Source: Cylindrospermopsis raciborskii Cr2010 (GTDB lineage Bacteria > Cyanobacteriota > Cyanobacteriia > Cyanobacteriales > Nostocaceae). From it: a stretch of DNA of 32,000 bases. The position numbers and the translations under genes are program-made. Positions 28,307 through 32,000 of this stretch are shown here, in pieces (within the stretch, counting starts at the first letter, position 1; every line of letters starts with the position of its first letter). The DNA is taken from assembly GCF_003367075.2 (NCBI RefSeq), contig NZ_CP065936.1, positions 1,290,001 through 1,322,000 on the forward strand, in the 5' to 3' direction. Below the pieces are notes generated by a model. The model did not search any database. It worked only from the letters and a program-made list of their open reading frames with translations, and was not told the origin of the DNA.

Positions 28307-30805
28307 GTGACAGTGGTTGGTATTGTTATTGTTTCCCACAGCAAACAATTAGCTCTAGGAGCACAAGAACTAGCTGCACAAATGGTACAGGGAAAAATTT
28401 CCCTTGCTGTCGCAGCGGGTGTGGATGACCCCACAAACCCATTGGGTACAGATCCAATTCAGGTTTATCAAGCCATCTCTTCTGTATTCTCTGAGGATGG
28501 GGTCATTGTATTGATGGATTTGGGTAGCGCTCTTATGAGTGCAGAAATGGCATTGGAGTTTTTACCACCAGCACAACGGGATAAAATCTATTTGTGTGAT
28601 GCTCCCTTGGTGGAAGGTGCTATTGCTGCTACTGTTGCTGCTAGTACTGGCAAAAATGTTCAGGAGGTTCTAAGGGAAGCTCAAGGTGCTTTGCTGGCTA
28701 AATCTCATCAATTAAATTTAATCGCTCATCCCTTACATAACGATTCTAACAATATTGACGGTACTGTTCCCACAGAGGAACTTCGCATTCAAATCAAAAA
28801 CCGTCTTGGTCTACATGCTCGACCTGCAGCTCAGTTTGTCGCTACCGCCTGCCGTTTTGAAGCGAAAATTCAGGTGCAGAATTTAACTAGAAATACGGAA
28901 GCAGTTAGAGGTGATAGTATTAACCAAGTTGCTACCCTGGGCGTACGTCAAGGACATGAATTATTAATTACTGCTAGGGGTAGGGATGCTCAGGAGGCAA
29001 TTACAGCTCTACAGTCCTTAATTATCCATAATTTCGGAGAGCAAGATGCTGTTCTGGAATTGCCAACCCACCCCATCTCCCCCCTCCCCGACAATCCTGG
29101 TCAATTTACGGGAATCGCCGCTTCTCCTGGCATTGCGATCGCTCCTGTAGTTCATTATCAATTAGCTCCTGTGTCTATTACGGAATACCACATAGAGAAT
29201 GTGGAAATTGAGTGGCAAAGACTACAACATGCTATCCAAAGGGCGAAACAGGAGATTACGATGTTGCTTTCCCACGCATCGGTGCAAATAGGTGATGCGG
29301 AGGCGGCAATATTTGATGCTCACCTTTTATTTCTGGCAGATCCAGTAATGTTAGATGCTGTTCGTAGGTATATTATAGAAGATAGATTAAACGCTGAGGC
29401 GGCATGGCAAGCGGTAGTGGAAGAGGTAACCAACTCCTATCGCCAACTGGAAGATGCTTATTTGAAGGAGAGAGTGGATGATGTGGTAGATGTGGGAAGA
29501 AGGGTATTGAGAATTCTGCTGGGTAATTTGCCCACGGAATTACATATCTTGGAACCATCAATTGTAGTGGGGACGGATTTAACTCCCTCGGATACAGCTA
29601 GGTTGGATCCTCGCAAGGTATTGGGGATTTGTATGACTGCTGGTAGTGCTACTTCTCATAGTGCTATTATTGCCCGAACTTTGGGTATTCCTGCAGTGGT
29701 TGGTGTGGATTCCCAGGTTTTGACCGTGGAAAATGGTGCTGTAATTGCTCTGGATGGTGAAGGTGGTAGGGTGTGGATAGAACCAGAGGGATCTGTATTG
29801 ACTGCTCTAGAAAATAAACGTCAAGTCTGGCAAACTAATCAAGCTGAAGCTAGAAAGAAGGCCCACCAACCCGCAACTACCCGCGATGGTCAAAGAATTC
29901 ATGTATTCGCCAATATTGGCAGTGTGGCTGATGCTAAAGCTGCTGTTGGCTATGGTGCAGAAGGTGTGGGTCTGCTACGAACAGAATTTTTATATTTGGA
30001 ACAGATTAAACCACCCACGGAGGAAGAACAGTTACAAGTTTATCAGGATATTGCCCAAACTTTAGGGGAACTTCCATTGATTATCCGCACTTTGGATGTG
30101 GGAGGAGATAAACAAATACCCTATCTGGGCTCTACTCTCCAGGAAACTAATCCCTTTTTGGGTGTGCGCGGCATTAGATTTTGTTTGGAACATCCCTATT
30201 TACTCAAAACTCAATTAAGAGCTATTTTACGAGCCAGCGCTAAACACCACATTAAAGTTATGTGGCCTATGATTAGTACTTTAACTGAGTTACGTGCCGC
30301 TAAATCAATTTTAAACCAATCCATGGCAGAGCTTAAAAAAGATGGTATGGAGTTTGATGCCAAACTGCCCGTAGGAGTTATGATTGAAACCCCAGCCGCT
30401 GTAGCTATTGCCGATCACCTGGCCAAAGAAGTAGACTTTTTTAGTATTGGTACAAATGATCTGAGTCAATATGTTATGGCATGCGATCGCACTAATCCTA
30501 AAGTAGCAAATTTAACTGATGCCTTACAGCCAGCCGTGCTGCGGATGATTCAACAAACGGTAGAAGCCGGGCACGCAGCTAATATTTGGGTCGGACTATG
30601 CGGTGAAATTGCCGCTGAAACCGCAGTTGCACCTATTCTTATAGGTTTGGGAATAGACGAACTGAGTACTAATCCCCAGGCGATCGCACCCTTAAAGCAG
30701 GTCATTTCCCAACTGACTACCACTGAATCCCAGGTTTTAGCCAGGGTGGCATTGAACCAGGATTCAGCTTCCAGAGTCAGGGAGTTGGTTTATCCCATAG
30801 GTTAA
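28307..30805 (+). CDS. Multiphosphoryl-transfer protein: DhaM/EIIA-Man-like domain + HPr domain + full-length PTS Enzyme I
   Basis: 832 aa with a GTG start. Domain 1 reads IVIVSHSKQLA (His11). Domain 2 reads NRLGLHARPAAQFV (His170, HPr-type). Domain 3 reads AGSATSHSAIIARTLGIPAV (His451, EI-type), plus the PEP-utilising C-domain (LRTEFLY, IRTLDVGGDK, GTNDLSQY, LCGE). Confidence 0.85.
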   Translation: MTVVGIVIVSHSKQLALGAQELAAQMVQGKISLAVAAGVDDPTNPLGTDPIQVYQAISSVFSEDGVIVLMDLGSALMSAEMALEFLPPAQRDKIYLCDAPLVEGAIAATVAASTGKNVQEVLREAQGALLAKSHQLNLIAHPLHNDSNNIDGTVPTEELRIQIKNRLGLHARPAAQFVATACRFEAKIQVQNLTRNTEAVRGDSINQVATLGVRQGHELLITARGRDAQEAITALQSLIIHNFGEQDAVLELPTHPISPLPDNPGQFTGIAASPGIAIAPVVHYQLAPVSITEYHIENVEIEWQRLQHAIQRAKQEITMLLSHASVQIGDAEAAIFDAHLLFLADPVMLDAVRRYIIEDRLNAEAAWQAVVEEVTNSYRQLEDAYLKERVDDVVDVGRRVLRILLGNLPTELHILEPSIVVGTDLTPSDTARLDPRKVLGICMTAGSATSHSAIIARTLGIPAVVGVDSQVLTVENGAVIALDGEGGRVWIEPEGSVLTALENKRQVWQTNQAEARKKAHQPATTRDGQRIHVFANIGSVADAKAAVGYGAEGVGLLRTEFLYLEQIKPPTEEEQLQVYQDIAQTLGELPLIIRTLDVGGDKQIPYLGSTLQETNPFLGVRGIRFCLEHPYLLKTQLRAILRASAKHHIKVMWPMISTLTELRAAKSILNQSMAELKKDGMEFDAKLPVGVMIETPAAVAIADHLAKEVDFFSIGTNDLSQYVMACDRTNPKVANLTDALQPAVLRMIQQTVEAGHAANIWVGLCGEIAAETAVAPILIGLGIDELSTNPQAIAPLKQVISQLTTTESQVLARVALNQDSASRVRELVYPIG

Positions 30806-30823
30806 GGGAAAAGAAATTGGAAG

Positions 30824-31459
30824 TTAACGGAGAAAGCTACTAACAAACCACATTAAAATAAATGTTAGCACAGCCGAGAACTGGTTAGGAGAAATTGACT
30901 TTCCTAAAATTGACAGGCTATCCAATGGTATTCCCCCAGCTATCAGACCTCCCATCATTAAACCCAGTACCAGAGTTACCAATGTCAACAAAACCGCCCT
31001 CAGAAATTTGTTTTCCTTGCGATTAATGAAATAAATACTTAGAACTAACCCCACAAGTAATGTTAACTGTAATACTTGTGCTGTATTATAGTCGACGAAC
31101 ATACTGATAGAAATTAACCCTAAATAAGAACCTGCTGGCCATAGTATGTCGGAGACACTGGGCTGATCCCAAAATCTTTGTAGCCAAGACGGGGAGTAAG
31201 CGCTGGGGTTAACAACTTGTTTTTGGGGGGATGGCATTCGCATTTCAGGAAAGCGAATTCCTTCAGGAACCTTAATTTTGCCCTCCTGACGCATTCGCAG
31301 ACGCTCCATTAGAATTGCATCATAAGCTGCTTCAACAATTTCCCGAATCCTATTATCACTACCATACTGTTCTAACAGGCGATTTCGAGCATTTTGAATC
31401 TCATCGAAACTAGCATCTTTTGACACCCCAAGATTTTCGTAGGGACTTTGATCGCTCAT
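30824..31459 (-). CDS. J-like domain membrane protein (CPP1/CDF1-like, DUF3353-type)
   Basis: 211 aa. The N-terminal J-like helix pair (PYENLGVSKDASFDEIQNARNRLLEQY) lacks the HPD tripeptide. It is followed by 3-4 TM helices, the architecture of chaperone-like protein of POR1 homologues. Confidence 0.6.
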   Translation of the reverse strand: MSDQSPYENLGVSKDASFDEIQNARNRLLEQYGSDNRIREIVEAAYDAILMERLRMRQEGKIKVPEGIRFPEMRMPSPQKQVVNPSAYSPSWLQRFWDQPSVSDILWPAGSYLGLISISMFVDYNTAQVLQLTLLVGLVLSIYFINRKENKFLRAVLLTLVTLVLGLMMGGLIAGGIPLDSLSILGKSISPNQFSAVLTFILMWFVSSFLR

Positions 31460-31663
31460 AGCTGTTTTTGGCTTAGATCTTATTGATACTTTTTCCGTTT
31501 AAAGAGGATAGCACTCTTGATAGAGGGGAACAAAACTGCCAAACACCTCGTCAAGTGTTTTGAATAGACTGAACGTAGCTGTTTGGAATGGCCAACTAGA
31601 ATTTAGTTATCACTATTAATAAGAAATGAGGTTTAAGTGGGTGGAATTAAATATAAGATGAAC

Positions 31664-31723
31664 GTAGGTTGGGTTGAAGTATGAAACCCAACGCCACGGG
31701 TCTCGTTCCTCGACCCATCCTAC
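31664..31723. repeat. 60-nt imperfect palindromic element made of two adjacent hairpins (MITE / small dispersed repeat-like)
   Basis: Hairpin 1 is GTTGGGTT (31668-31675) / AACCCAAC (31685-31692). Hairpin 2 is GGGTC (31698-31702) / GACCC (31712-31716). The ends GTAGGTTGGGT and ACCCATCCTAC are inverted repeats matching at 10 of 11 positions. Confidence 0.5.
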
Positions 31724-31778
31724 AAATAATTCTGTCTCCCTACTCAGGTTTAGTTCTAGTCATGTAATATAGTACCAT

Positions 31779-31816
31779 ATTATGCCATATAATTAAGATT
31801 ATGCCATATAATTAAG
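31779..31816 (+). repeat. Perfect 2 x 19-bp tandem direct repeat (ATTATGCCATATAATTAAG)
   Basis: Copy 1 is 31779-31797 and copy 2 is 31798-31816; they are identical. Each contains TATAAT (31788-31793 and 31807-31812). The repeat lies 34-71 nt upstream of ATG 31850. Confidence 0.9.
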
Positions 31817-31849
31817 TAACTGAAGATAAGTTTCGTGAGGGGTGATGTT

Positions 31850-32000
31850 ATGCGTGTCCTACTGGTTTATCCCATATTTCCCAAAACCTTCTGGTCCTAT
31901 GAAAAAATCCTCGACCTGGTAGATAGAAAAGTCCTACTACCACCTTTAGGCCTCATTACAGTAGCTGCTATTTTACCCCAGGAATGGGAGTTTAAACTAG
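31850..32000 (+). CDS. B12-binding-domain radical SAM protein, N-terminal fragment (continues past window end)
   Basis: My own translation from ATG 31850 gives MRVLLVYPIFPKTFWSYEKILDLVDRKVLLPPLGLITVAAILPQEWEFKL. This is the typical N-terminus of cyanobacterial B12-binding/DUF4070 radical SAM enzymes. GAGGGG lies about 9 nt upstream. The ORF is too short for the ORF track because the window ends. Confidence 0.6.
   Translation, partial: MRVLLVYPIFPKTFWSYEKILDLVDRKVLLPPLGLITVAAILPQEWEFKL

Noticed and set aside
31460-31849. A cobalamin riboswitch or other known riboswitch upstream of the B12-binding radical-SAM gene.
   Set aside because: I could not find a B12-box-like core or the multi-helix conserved architecture. 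The region is explained by the hairpin element and the tandem repeat.

Overview
This window is a densely packed, core-genome stretch of a cyanobacterial chromosome. It most likely comes from a heterocyst-forming Nostocales-type strain. That is an inference from 18 copies of the HIP1 octamer GCGATCGC, a short Nostocales-style kaiA, a devBCA-type exporter and an hgdD-like TolC. I support about 29 protein genes and one tRNA. In order they are: urtB (5' cut)-urtC-urtD-urtE (urea ABC transporter); pyrG (-); a secreted cell-wall amidase; an aldose-1-epimerase-family gene; tRNA-Lys(UUU) behind a near-consensus promoter; a psbP-like (CyanoP) gene; maf; pcyA; pdxA (-); devB-devC-devA-like exporter; a plant-type glycerate-3-kinase-like gene (-); a Ycf20/DUF565-like gene (-); a lipoprotein; a GT39/ArnT-like glycosyltransferase; a 1068-aa CBS-PAS hybrid histidine kinase (-); kaiA-kaiB-kaiC; a TolC/HgdD-like outer-membrane factor; a DUF1269-like glycine-zipper protein; an S4-domain protein; an 832-aa DhaM-HPr-Enzyme I fusion; a CPP1/J-like membrane protein (-); and the start of a B12-binding radical-SAM gene. 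I saw no transposase, integrase, CRISPR array, phage genes or recognisable defence or toxin-antitoxin cassette, so this is not an obvious accessory island. The best candidate for undescribed biology is the clock locus. The kinase transcribed divergently from kaiABC carries three degenerate (pseudo-)receiver modules, while kaiA has lost its own pseudo-receiver. The kaiA frame also stays open for 99 more codons upstream and contains a linker-like motif. Other points worth a second look are a canonical NtcA-type promoter upstream of devB, tandem 18-aa repeats in DevB, a self-sufficient PTS phosphorelay protein with no visible partners, a perfect 19-bp tandem duplication carrying a TATAAT box, a 60-nt palindromic double-hairpin element, and the lack of any terminator-sized spacer at all five convergent gene junctions. 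All protein calls rest on motifs and family resemblance recognised by eye and from memory. No database search was run.
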